DNA of 32,000 nucleotides from Methanopyrus kandleri AV19 (GTDB lineage: Archaea; JAADCQ01; Methanopyri; Methanopyrales; Methanopyraceae): NCBI RefSeq assembly GCF_000007185.1, contig NC_003551.1, positions 840,001 through 872,000 on the forward strand. Direction: 5' to 3'. Positions 1 through 8,403 of this stretch are shown one piece after another. A model generated the notes under the pieces. The model was not told where the DNA came from. It worked only from the letters and a program-made list of their open reading frames with translations, and ran no database searches. A program made the translations under genes and the position numbers. The stretch's first letter is position 1; each line of letters opens with the position of its first letter.

Positions 1-1106
1 GCTCCGAACTTCCTCCTACCGGTATCCTCGAGCTCGCCCTTGACTACTACTTTCACGTTGCGTTCATCGTGTCTGAGGTTGGCGATGATGGTACCGGCTC
101 CCAGGTTGCACTTGGCCCCGATAACGCTGTCTCCCACGTAGGAGAGGTGGCTGACGTTCGTCCCCTCCATGATTATTGAGTTCTTGATTTCGACGGCTTG
201 GCCGATGCGGACGTCCCGGACCAGCGTCGTCGCCGGTCGGATGTAGCAGTTGGGTCCGATTTCGCACCCCGGGCCTATATAGGCGGGCCCTTCGACTACG
301 GCTCCCGACCTGAGGATCGCATCCTCGGCTACCCACACCGGTCCTCTCAGCTCCACGTTCTCCTCGATGACTCCTTCAACCTCGGGACGCGACATCGCGT
401 TCCGAAGTGCCCAAGCGTTGGCGTCGAGTAGGTCCCACGGGCGACCTACGTCGGACCAGAACCCGTCGTACGAAATCCCTAGAACACCTTCATCGATGGC
501 GGCGTCGAGCAGCGCATCGGTGATCTCGAACTCGCCCCGCGGAGAGGGTTTGACTCGTTCCAAAAACCTCTCGAACTCCGGTTCCGCCACGTACACTCCC
601 GCGTTCGCCAGGTTGGAGGGAGCCTCCTCGGGCTTGGGTTTCTCCACGAGCTCCACCACGTACCCGTCTTGTAGTCTCGCGACCCCGAATTCCGACGGAT
701 CCTCGACCTCCACTAGCACCATTGAGGCGACGCCTTCGTGCTCACGTACCGCGCGCTCGAGCAACTCCGAATCGAACACCAAGTCCCCGTTTGTGATGAC
801 CACGGTCTCGTCGGGTTCGATCTCCCGCCACGCGACGTACACAGCGTGGGCTGTTCCCAGGGGCTTACCCTGACGGACGAACTCCAGCTCGAAGGAATCG
901 CCCCAGCGATCCTTGACGTACCGTTCCACCTTCTCGGCCAGGTATTCCACGACCACCACGAGGTGTTCCACTCCGATGCGCTTCATGGCCTCGATGGAGA
1001 AGTCGATAAGACGGCGATCGGCCACCGGCAGGAGGACCTTCGGCCGTGTCTTCGTCAGCGGTCGCATCCGGGTACCTTCGCCCGCCGCGAGCACGATACC
1101 GATCAT
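1..1106 (-). CDS. glmU: GlmU-like sugar-phosphate nucleotidyltransferase with left-handed beta-helix acyltransferase domain; C-terminus cut off by window edge
   Basis: Reverse strand reads MIGIVLAAGEGTRMRPLTKTRPKVLLPVADRR... from ATG at 1106 (signature GxGTRMRPLT..RPK) and stays open to the edge, ending ...NVKVVVKGELEDTGRRKFGA. ATGA overlap with the glmM stop. Not listed in the ORF track because no stop lies in the window. Confidence 0.85.
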   Translation of the reverse strand, partial: MIGIVLAAGEGTRMRPLTKTRPKVLLPVADRRLIDFSIEAMKRIGVEHLVVVVEYLAEKVERYVKDRWGDSFELEFVRQGKPLGTAHAVYVAWREIEPDETVVITNGDLVFDSELLERAVREHEGVASMVLVEVEDPSEFGVARLQDGYVVELVEKPKPEEAPSNLANAGVYVAEPEFERFLERVKPSPRGEFEITDALLDAAIDEGVLGISYDGFWSDVGRPWDLLDANAWALRNAMSRPEVEGVIEENVELRGPVWVAEDAILRSGAVVEGPAYIGPGCEIGPNCYIRPATTLVRDVRIGQAVEIKNSIIMEGTNVSHLSYVGDSVIGAKCNLGAGTIIANLRHDERNVKVVVKGELEDTGRRKFG

Positions 1107-2461
1107 TCCCTCACCTCCTCGACACACCTGCGGACGATATCGACGAACTCATCCCTGAGCTCTCGGGCGCGTTCCTCGGACTCCGCCTCCACCGTTATCC
1201 GTATGAGCGGTTCGGTGCCGGAGGGCCTGACGAGCACCCAGCCATCGTCCAGTTCGACACGAACGCCGTCTACGGTATCGATGTCGTCGTAAGCCTCCCG
1301 GAGGCGCGTCTCCACCAGCCTCATCACTTCGGGCTTGAGCTCGTCGGGACACTCGACGGTTTCGCGCACGACCGGGTAGCTCGGGATCTCGGCTAACAGT
1401 TCCGAGAGCGGTCGCCCTTCCTCGATCAGCAAGCTCACCATCCACGCCGCGGAGAGCGGACCGTCGGGGCACATGTGTACGTCCGGGTGTATCCAGGTTC
1501 CGTTCGGTTCCCCTCCGAAGACGCATCCTTCCTCCCGTATCGCGGCGGCTACGTGGACGTCTCCCACTTTGGTCCTCACCACCTCGCCGCCCATCTCGCG
1601 GACTACCTCGTCGATAACCATCGAAGCATCGACGTTCACGGCGACCTTCCCTGGACCCTTCTCCTCGAGGATTCGCCGGCACACCAACGCCAGCACTTCG
1701 TCGTACCCGGCGAACTTACCTTCCTCGGTGACGAAAACTACACGATCAGCGTCCCCGTCGTGGGCGATCCCCAGATCAGCATCCGTCGCCCGCACGGTTC
1801 GCATGAGGTCCTTCAGGTTCTCGGGCTTCGGCTCCGGTTCCCGGCCCGGGAAGTGTCCATCAGGATGCGCGTTTAGAGAGATTACCTCGCACCCCATCTC
1901 GCGGAGTACTACCGGAGTGACGAACGCGGAGGGGCCGTTGGCACAGTCCACCACGATGCGTAGCCCGTCCCCGTCGACGGAGACCTCGTCCAGTATCCTC
2001 TCCACGTGTACGTTCAACGCCGTCTCGTCGTCGACCACCTCACCGTACTCGTCCCAATTCGGGTACTCCAGATCGCCGTCCATGATCTGCTCTATTTCAC
2101 GCTCTTGTTCGGGCGAGAACGCCATTCCGTCAGAGTCCCAGAACTTTATCCCGTTGTACTCGGGAGGATTGTGGGAAGCTGTGATCATTACACCGGCGTC
2201 GAGACCCTCAGTCGCCACGTAACAACCCAGAGTCGGTGTGCACACTACCCCGATGTCTACAACATCACATCCTTGGGCGGTCAGTCCTGAGATCACGGCT
2301 GCGCGAAGGGCATCGCAGTGTACCCGGGTGTCGCGACCTACGGCAACCGTGCCGCCACCCAAGTACTCGCCGAGAGCGCGTCCAGCTCGAAGTGCGAGCT
2401 CTGGAGTTAGGAACTCCCCTACTCTACCGCGGATACCGGACGTACCGAAGTATTTACCCAC
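1103..2461 (-). CDS. glmM: Phosphoglucosamine mutase / phosphohexomutase family
   Basis: VGKYFGTSGIRGRVGEFLTPELALRAG..., MITASHNPPEYNGIK, IAHDGDADRVVF, VRPSGTEPLIRITVEA are diagnostic. The likely start is GTG 2461, not the far upstream start of the 500-aa ORF. Confidence 0.93.
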   Translation of the reverse strand: MGKYFGTSGIRGRVGEFLTPELALRAGRALGEYLGGGTVAVGRDTRVHCDALRAAVISGLTAQGCDVVDIGVVCTPTLGCYVATEGLDAGVMITASHNPPEYNGIKFWDSDGMAFSPEQEREIEQIMDGDLEYPNWDEYGEVVDDETALNVHVERILDEVSVDGDGLRIVVDCANGPSAFVTPVVLREMGCEVISLNAHPDGHFPGREPEPKPENLKDLMRTVRATDADLGIAHDGDADRVVFVTEEGKFAGYDEVLALVCRRILEEKGPGKVAVNVDASMVIDEVVREMGGEVVRTKVGDVHVAAAIREEGCVFGGEPNGTWIHPDVHMCPDGPLSAAWMVSLLIEEGRPLSELLAEIPSYPVVRETVECPDELKPEVMRLVETRLREAYDDIDTVDGVRVELDDGWVLVRPSGTEPLIRITVEAESEERARELRDEFVDIVRRCVEEVRE

Positions 2462-2474
2462 GGGGGGTCCCCCT

Positions 2475-3281
2475 TTGTTCGCGTTCCTACTCGCCGGGGA
2501 TAACGTTGAGTTGGCGCTAATGGAATTAAAGGGCGCGCTCCGGGCGGAGGTCGGCGAGATCGAAGTCGAGGTCCACGATCGGGTCGCGGTGGTCGAAGGA
2601 CTCACTGACGAGGAGGCGGAGCGGGTCGTCCGGCGGCTCGCCCGGACGCATGCGGTCTACCGGGTCGGCGAGGGGAGGGTCAGGGTCGAGATTGGGGGTG
2701 AGCGTAGACCAGTCCGGCTCCTCGCGGAGCGTGAGAAGCTGTCCGATCGTAAGCCGCACAAGCGCCCCGAGTTCATGCCCGACTCCACGGAGCCTTTCCT
2801 GGCCCGGGTCCTGGTCAACCTGGCCGAGGCGCGGCGCGGGGAGCGCTTACTGGACCCGATGTGCAACGTGGGCGGTATCCTCATCGAGGCGGGACTGATC
2901 GGCTGCGTGCCCGTCGGGGTGGAGGTCCGGGAGGAACTCGTGGAGCGGACCGAGCGTAACCTGCGGCACTACAGGATCGAGGAGTACGAGCTACACACGG
3001 GTCGGGCGGAGGAGGTAGACGAGATCCTAGACGAGCCCGTCCAGGCCGCCGCCGTGGACCCGCCATACGGCCGCTCTTCGTACATCGAGGGCGGGCCGGT
3101 GGAGCGGCTGCTACTCAACACGTTGGACGCGTTGTCTGAGGTGGTCGAGGGCAAGGTCTCCCTGACCGCGCCCGTGGACGCCTGGGAAGAAGTTAAAGAG
3201 AGTGTGAAGAGGGTAGAGGGCGAGGTTCGGGACCGGGTCCACGGCAGCCTTACCCGGGTCATCGCCGTCGTCGTGCCTTAG
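2475..3281 (+). CDS. tRNA (guanine-N2)-methyltransferase-like, Trm-G10/Trm11 type
   Basis: Protein FAFLLAGDNVELALMELKGAL... LLDPMCNVGGILIEAGLIG... AAAVDPPYGRSSY; the DPPYG motif is typical of N2-guanosine RNA methylases. Start uncertain: TTG 2475, TTG 2511 or ATG 2520. Confidence 0.75.
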   Translation: MFAFLLAGDNVELALMELKGALRAEVGEIEVEVHDRVAVVEGLTDEEAERVVRRLARTHAVYRVGEGRVRVEIGGERRPVRLLAEREKLSDRKPHKRPEFMPDSTEPFLARVLVNLAEARRGERLLDPMCNVGGILIEAGLIGCVPVGVEVREELVERTERNLRHYRIEEYELHTGRAEEVDEILDEPVQAAAVDPPYGRSSYIEGGPVERLLLNTLDALSEVVEGKVSLTAPVDAWEEVKESVKRVEGEVRDRVHGSLTRVIAVVVP

Positions 3282-3336
3282 CGGTGATGACCGCGGACCG
3301 CTCCTGATCTGTGATGAGTTTTCGGGGAGCTGATCA
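3281..3336 (+). ncRNA. C/D box sRNA (2'-O-methylation guide)
   Basis: Perfect layout: C GTGATGA (3284-3290), 13-nt guide CCGCGGACCGCTC, D' CTGA (3304-3307), TCT spacer, C' GTGATGA (3311-3317), 12-nt guide GTTTTCGGGGAG, D CTGA (3330-3333). Confidence 0.9.
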
Positions 3337-4707
3337 CCGGCTCAGGTACGACAGCACCGCGCGGATCCCGGACTTAACGATCCGCTTGAACAGGAACAGC
3401 TTGCCCTCTCGCAGCGCGTTCAGCAGGTACCGGGGGTTCAGGTAGAACGACAGGTACGCGCGCTGCAGCAGGCGCCCCAGCTCCCTGGTGCTCAGGTGCT
3501 CAGTCCTCATCACCGGATCTACCGTGGTATACTTCGACCAGTCGTGAACCTCGATCAGTCCCCTCTCCTTGGCGAGGTCGTACAGCGGCGTTCCCGGGTA
3601 GGGCGTGCACACCGTGAACTGCACGTAGTCCGGCTCGAGGCGGCGCGCGAACTTGATCGTCCTGAAGACGTCCTCGCGATCCTCCCATGGGAACCCCAGG
3701 ATGAATGATAATAAGATCCTGAGTCCGTGCCTTTTCGCCACCTTACGGCACGCGATGACGTCCTGGACGGTGATCCCCTTGTTGATGCGTTTCAGGGTTT
3801 CGTTGCTGGCCGATTCGGCCCCGACGTATACCGTGCGGCACCCGTGCTCGCGTATCGTGCGGGCGAGCTCCGGCGTGAGCGTGTCCGCGCGGGCGCCGCA
3901 GTCCCACGGGACGTCGATACCTTCCTCCCTCATTTTCTCACATATCTCCCGCACCCTTCGCTTATGGGCAGTAAACACGTCGTCGACGAACTCGAGTCGC
4001 TCCACTCCCAGCTCTTCCACCAAGTAAGAGATCTCCTCGACCACCCGATCCGGGCTCTTCCCTCGCCACTTGGGTCCGAAGATCCTGGAGGAGGCGCAGA
4101 AGAGGCACCGGAACGGGCAGCCGCGGCTCGTGATGACGGGGACGAACCGGACGCTGTCCGCGGAGTACTGGTCCAGGTCTACCTTGTCGTACGCCGGGAG
4201 CGGTAGCGAATCTAGGTCTTCCGGCTCCTGTCGGTCGGGATTTCGAACAATTTTAGAGCCCTCCCTGTAGGTGATTCCGGGAATATTCGAAAGGTCTGAC
4301 TCCTCCCACCGATCTACGGCCTCCAGTACCTCGACAGTCGTCGATTCTCCCTCGCCCCGGATTACCACGTCGGCAGGGCTTTCCCTGAGGGCCTCTCGGT
4401 CCATGAAGGTGGGGTGCGGGCCGCCCAGAAACACGAATGCCCCCTCATCCTTTGCCAGCTTCGCGACCTTGTACGCCGACGGCGCCACCGGGGTCGTGGC
4501 CGTTATCCCTACCGCGTCGTAGCCTCTGATCCTTCCCCGTAGGTCCTCCATCTCAACACCTTCGGCGGGACAGTCCAGGATGTCGACGGAGAACCCTTCC
4601 TTCTCGAGCTTGGCGGCCAGGTAGACTAGTCCGATCGGGAATCCCCGTACTCCCAGCACGCGGGCGATGTCGTCCTCGAACGGAGGTTGAACCAACAAGA
4701 CTTTCAC
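3334..4707 (-). CDS. Radical SAM protein with N-terminal B12-binding-like domain
   Basis: MKVLLVQPPFEDD... GFPIGLVYLAAKLEKEGFSVDILD... GGPHPT, then TSRGCPFRCLFCASS (CxxxCxxC), YVGAESASNETLKRINKG. Confidence 0.88.
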   Translation of the reverse strand: MKVLLVQPPFEDDIARVLGVRGFPIGLVYLAAKLEKEGFSVDILDCPAEGVEMEDLRGRIRGYDAVGITATTPVAPSAYKVAKLAKDEGAFVFLGGPHPTFMDREALRESPADVVIRGEGESTTVEVLEAVDRWEESDLSNIPGITYREGSKIVRNPDRQEPEDLDSLPLPAYDKVDLDQYSADSVRFVPVITSRGCPFRCLFCASSRIFGPKWRGKSPDRVVEEISYLVEELGVERLEFVDDVFTAHKRRVREICEKMREEGIDVPWDCGARADTLTPELARTIREHGCRTVYVGAESASNETLKRINKGITVQDVIACRKVAKRHGLRILLSFILGFPWEDREDVFRTIKFARRLEPDYVQFTVCTPYPGTPLYDLAKERGLIEVHDWSKYTTVDPVMRTEHLSTRELGRLLQRAYLSFYLNPRYLLNALREGKLFLFKRIVKSGIRAVLSYLSR

Positions 4708-6110
4708 TTGTTAGCATCCCCCACTAGGACACAGCCCGGGTCGGGCCCCTCCACCTTGCCCGTGATCGCGTACGCACGGGCCCGGCATCCGCCGCACACG
4801 TACCGGTACTTGCACTCGCCGCAGGGCTTCTCCAGCTCGTCACGGTTTCGGCACGCCCAGAGCACCTCGTGTTCCCACAACTCCTCCGGATCGTCCTCCA
4901 GTATGTTCCCGATCTTAACTGGCAAGAACACGCACGGCTGGACGTCACCGTTCGGCCGGATGGCCAGCAGGCATCGGCCGGCGCCGCACCCCCCGATAAA
5001 CTCGACGAGGGGCTCGATCCAGCGGCCCTCGCCCGCGTACGCGAAGTGGGTTCCGTAGAGTACGCCTCCCTCCCCCGACTCGGTCATCTGCAGGCTCACT
5101 CGGGACATCTGCGGCGCGGTGGAGTAGATCATCAGGTCCCGGTCCAGGGCCTCCCGAACGAGCATCTTGAGCACCTCCTCCCGGACCTCAGGCGGCGGGT
5201 CCAGCTCCGGGCAGAACCGACCCTGGCCCGTGGGGATGAAGTTGAACACTGCGATCCCGTCGGCTCCGAGCTCCTCCGCGAGATCCAGCATCTGCGGGAG
5301 CTCGTCCACGTTGTTCCGGTGCACGGTGAAGGCGATCACGGTGATCATGTCCGTCTCGGCGCAGTGACGAACGCCCTCAACCGTTCGTTCCCAGGCACCC
5401 TTGACGCCTCGGAACTTATCGTGCGTCTCGGGCCGAGCCCCGTCCAGGCTGATCTCGACGTACTCGACGCCCGCGGCCTCCAGCCGCTCCGCCGTGTCCC
5501 GGTCGATCAGGGTCCCGTTCGTGGCGAGCGCGGTGAACATCCCCTCGTTGGCGGAGGCCTCCGCCAGCTCGAAGAAGTCGTCCCGCATCAGCGGCTCGCC
5601 GCCGGAGAACGCCAGCCCCGGAACGTTCCACTCTGAGAACCGCTCGATGACTTCCAGCGCCCTCTCGGTGTCCAGCTCGCCGGGCGCGGGCTTGCCCGCC
5701 TCCGAGTAGCAGTGCTCGCAGCGCAGGTTACACAGCCCGGTCACGTCCCAGACCACGAGATACGGAGCGGCCGGGACGAACGGTTTCCGGACCCCGTACC
5801 GGTAGATCCCTAGCAGCGTCACGGCGATGCCTCGCCGGTAGGAGTCCAGCGAGAGGGCCTCCCGGACTGTCTCCTCGTCTACGCCGGCCGCCCGGGCCGT
5901 CTTCTCAACGAGCTTCTTCACCAATCGAGCCGTCGCCTTGCACTTCCAGCACGCGTCCTCCCGACCGCCATAAGCCACGTCCAGCGCGACCTTCACGCGC
6001 ACGTCTCCGCACGACTCGCACCGCTTGGCCCCCAGCTTCATCAGCCGCCGTGCCAGCTCCGAGTCCAGCACCCGGTTCAGCACACGGATGAACTCACCGA
6101 CCCTGGTCAT
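4704..6110 (-). CDS. Radical SAM/SPASM domain protein with an extra N-terminal Cys4 motif
   Basis: VTGLCNLRCEHCYSEAG (CxxxCxxC), FSGGEPLMRDDFFEL, C-terminal CGAGRCLLAIRPNGDVQPC...CGECKYRYVCGGCRA (SPASM); N-terminal CESC...CWKC. ATGA overlap with the next gene. Confidence 0.88.
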   Translation of the reverse strand: MTRVGEFIRVLNRVLDSELARRLMKLGAKRCESCGDVRVKVALDVAYGGREDACWKCKATARLVKKLVEKTARAAGVDEETVREALSLDSYRRGIAVTLLGIYRYGVRKPFVPAAPYLVVWDVTGLCNLRCEHCYSEAGKPAPGELDTERALEVIERFSEWNVPGLAFSGGEPLMRDDFFELAEASANEGMFTALATNGTLIDRDTAERLEAAGVEYVEISLDGARPETHDKFRGVKGAWERTVEGVRHCAETDMITVIAFTVHRNNVDELPQMLDLAEELGADGIAVFNFIPTGQGRFCPELDPPPEVREEVLKMLVREALDRDLMIYSTAPQMSRVSLQMTESGEGGVLYGTHFAYAGEGRWIEPLVEFIGGCGAGRCLLAIRPNGDVQPCVFLPVKIGNILEDDPEELWEHEVLWACRNRDELEKPCGECKYRYVCGGCRARAYAITGKVEGPDPGCVLVGDANK

Positions 6111-6127
6111 GCGAAGCGCCCCCTACC

Positions 6128-7276
6128 TTAGTACACCTTCACCGGCTCGTAGAGCGTGGTGCGCTGCACGGGGGTGAAGCCCGCCTCCCGAATGATCTCC
6201 ACTATCTCCTCGGGCTCGAGCTGCTCGCCCTCGGTCGCTCCGGCCTCCCGGGAGATGTTCTCTTCCATGAGGGTGCCACCTAGATCGTTCGCCCCGGCGT
6301 GCAGCGTCATCTGAGCCAGCTTCACTCCGAGCTTCACCCAGGAAGCCTGTATGTTCGGAATCAACGGTCCGAAGTACAATCGGGCCACAGCGTGCACGAG
6401 TACGTCCGTCATACCCGATACTCCGGGTCGCGCCCCTCCTCGTCGGTAAATCGGTGCGTTCGAATGTACGAAGGAGAGCGGCACGAACTCCGTGAAGCCT
6501 CCCGTGTCCTCTTGGATCCCTCGAAGCCGCTTCATGTGGTCGATCCAGTCCCTCGGTGAGTCGATGTGACCGTACATCATAGTACAAGTGGTGGGAATTC
6601 CCAACTCGTGCGCGATCCTGATGATATGTTCCCACTCATCGGCTTCCAACTTATCAGGACATAGCCGCTTCCTCACCTCAGGGGAGAATATCTCCGCGGC
6701 CGTTCCGGGCATCGAATCGAGACCGGCTCGCTTCAGCTCTCGTAGTACGTCTTCGATGTCCTCTCCCGCCAGCTTGGCGCAGTACTTCACCTCCATCGGT
6801 GAGTACCCGTGCACGTGGATGTCCGGGGCTTGGGACTTGATCTCGTCCAACATTTCCAGGTAGTACTCAAACGTCGCCTCGGGATGCAGTCCGCCCTGAA
6901 GACATACTTCCGTAGCTCCAGCGTCACGGGCTTCCGCTGCCCGCTCGCCCACCTCCTCCGGCGTCATACGGTAAGCATCCGGGTCGTCCGGATCCCTCCG
7001 GAACGCACAGAATCGACATCTGTTAATGCACACGTTGGTGAAGTTGATGTTCCTGTTCACCACGAACGTGACGTGTTCACCGACGATCTTAAGTCGGGCC
7101 TCGTGTGCAGCCCGCATTACCTTGTACGGGTCCAGCTTACCCTGTAAGGCGTCCAACGCCGTTCCTTCGTCGATGCCACCGGCCACGGCCATGTTCACCA
7201 GCTCGTCGACGCTGACTTCATCGGGCGAATCCCTCATCGTCCGAGAGCCGCTCGACGACTTCTGAGATGTTGGCAT
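6128..7276 (-). CDS. cofH: FO synthase subunit 2 (5-amino-6-(D-ribitylamino)uracil--L-tyrosine 4-hydroxyphenyl transferase)
   Basis: VNRNINFTNVCINRCRFCAFRRDP, EVCLQGGLHPEATFEYYLEML, TCTMMYGHIDSPRDW, ANDLGGTLMEENISREAGA match CofH-type signatures. An alternative internal ATG lies at 7234. Confidence 0.92.
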   Translation of the reverse strand: MPTSQKSSSGSRTMRDSPDEVSVDELVNMAVAGGIDEGTALDALQGKLDPYKVMRAAHEARLKIVGEHVTFVVNRNINFTNVCINRCRFCAFRRDPDDPDAYRMTPEEVGERAAEARDAGATEVCLQGGLHPEATFEYYLEMLDEIKSQAPDIHVHGYSPMEVKYCAKLAGEDIEDVLRELKRAGLDSMPGTAAEIFSPEVRKRLCPDKLEADEWEHIIRIAHELGIPTTCTMMYGHIDSPRDWIDHMKRLRGIQEDTGGFTEFVPLSFVHSNAPIYRRGGARPGVSGMTDVLVHAVARLYFGPLIPNIQASWVKLGVKLAQMTLHAGANDLGGTLMEENISREAGATEGEQLEPEEIVEIIREAGFTPVQRTTLYEPVKVY

Positions 7277-8291
7277 GGTACCAGCCCCGACGGACGTACT
7301 CGGGGTAAATAGGGAGCCGCTCCCTTAACCTGAAACCGACGTCTTCGGTCAGTCTTTTCAGCTCCTCGATCTCGGGCCAGGGGGCTTCGGGGTTCACGTA
7401 ATCCTTCGTCACGGGGGAAACTCCGCCCCAGTCGTTCGCGCCCGCCAACAGCGCGAGCTGACCCGTCTCACGGTTCAGGTTCGGGGGTACTTGGACCGGA
7501 ACGTCCGGCAGTATCAGCCGCGCCGTCGCGACCGTCCGTAGTAAGTCGGCGGGTGTGGGTTCGGGGTGGTCCTCCATCGGGATTCCCGGTTTCGTCCTGA
7601 AGTTCTGAACGATCACCTCCTGAACGTGACCGTACCGCTCGTGCATTCTCTGGATCTCTTCCAAGGTCTTCACGCGTTCCTCCCACGTCTCGCCGATGCC
7701 GATCAGTATCCCGGTGGTGAAAGGTACTTTCAACTCCCCGGCGTATTTCAGCACCTTCAGACGCTCCTCGGGGCGCTTCCCGGGAGAGTGTTCGTGGGGA
7801 CCACTTTCCTCACACAACCGCTCCGATAGTATCTCCATCATGAGGCCCATGCTGGCGTTCCAACGACGCAGCTTCCGCATCTCCCGCTTCGTGATCACGC
7901 CGGGGTTGCTGTGCGGCAGCATGTCGTACTCCTCCACGCATCTACGGCAGAGGTCGACGAGGTACTCGACGGTGCTCGAATACCCGTGCTCCTCCAGCCA
8001 TTCGAGGGCCTCGTCGTACCGCTCCTCAGGGCGCTCTCCGAAGGTGAAGAGCACCTCCTTGCAACCGGCTTCCTTACCCTTCTCCACGATCTCGAAGACC
8101 TCTTCCGGGGAGAGATACGGCGACCTCACCTCCTCCGGTTCCCGACGGAAGGTGCAGTAAGCGCACCGATTCCGACATAACCGGGTGAGCGGTACGAACA
8201 CGTTCTTCGAGTAGGAAACCACCGTGCCGAACTTCTCCCTGGTCAACCGGTTCGCCCGGTCCATGAGCTCGAGGAGATCGTTGCCCTTCAA
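7218..8291 (-). CDS. cofG: FO synthase subunit 1 (7,8-didemethyl-8-hydroxy-5-deazariboflavin synthase)
   Basis: SKNVFVPLTRLCRNRCAYCTFRREP, LFTFGERPEERYDEA, LPHSNPGVITKREM, TTGILIGIGETWEERV, ANDWGGVSPVTKDYVNPEAPWP. Likely TTG start at 8291; the exact start is uncertain. Confidence 0.92.
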   Translation of the reverse strand: MKGNDLLELMDRANRLTREKFGTVVSYSKNVFVPLTRLCRNRCAYCTFRREPEEVRSPYLSPEEVFEIVEKGKEAGCKEVLFTFGERPEERYDEALEWLEEHGYSSTVEYLVDLCRRCVEEYDMLPHSNPGVITKREMRKLRRWNASMGLMMEILSERLCEESGPHEHSPGKRPEERLKVLKYAGELKVPFTTGILIGIGETWEERVKTLEEIQRMHERYGHVQEVIVQNFRTKPGIPMEDHPEPTPADLLRTVATARLILPDVPVQVPPNLNRETGQLALLAGANDWGGVSPVTKDYVNPEAPWPEIEELKRLTEDVGFRLRERLPIYPEYVRRGWYHANISEVVERLSDDEGFAR

Positions 8292-8403
8292 ACGTCCGCC
8301 CCGGTCGCTTCGGTCACCCGCGGGGTTTAATCCTGAGCGCGTCGGGACAGACGTAATCAAGGGGTACGCGGCGGGCCCCTCGGAGGTCGTGGGGGCTGGG
8401 GAG

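Noticed and set aside
1473-2222. 249-aa plus-strand ORF opposite glmM
   Set aside because: Low-complexity Ser/Thr/Arg-rich antisense shadow of glmM.
2462-2605. N-terminal extension of glmM in the 500-aa ORF
   Set aside because: The Ser/Thr/Arg-rich extension overlaps the divergent methyltransferase start; homology begins at VGKYFGTSGIRG (2461).
8224-8403. Upstream extension of ileS in the ORF track
   Set aside because: Overlaps antisense cofG and lacks synthetase-like sequence; start at 8404 preferred.
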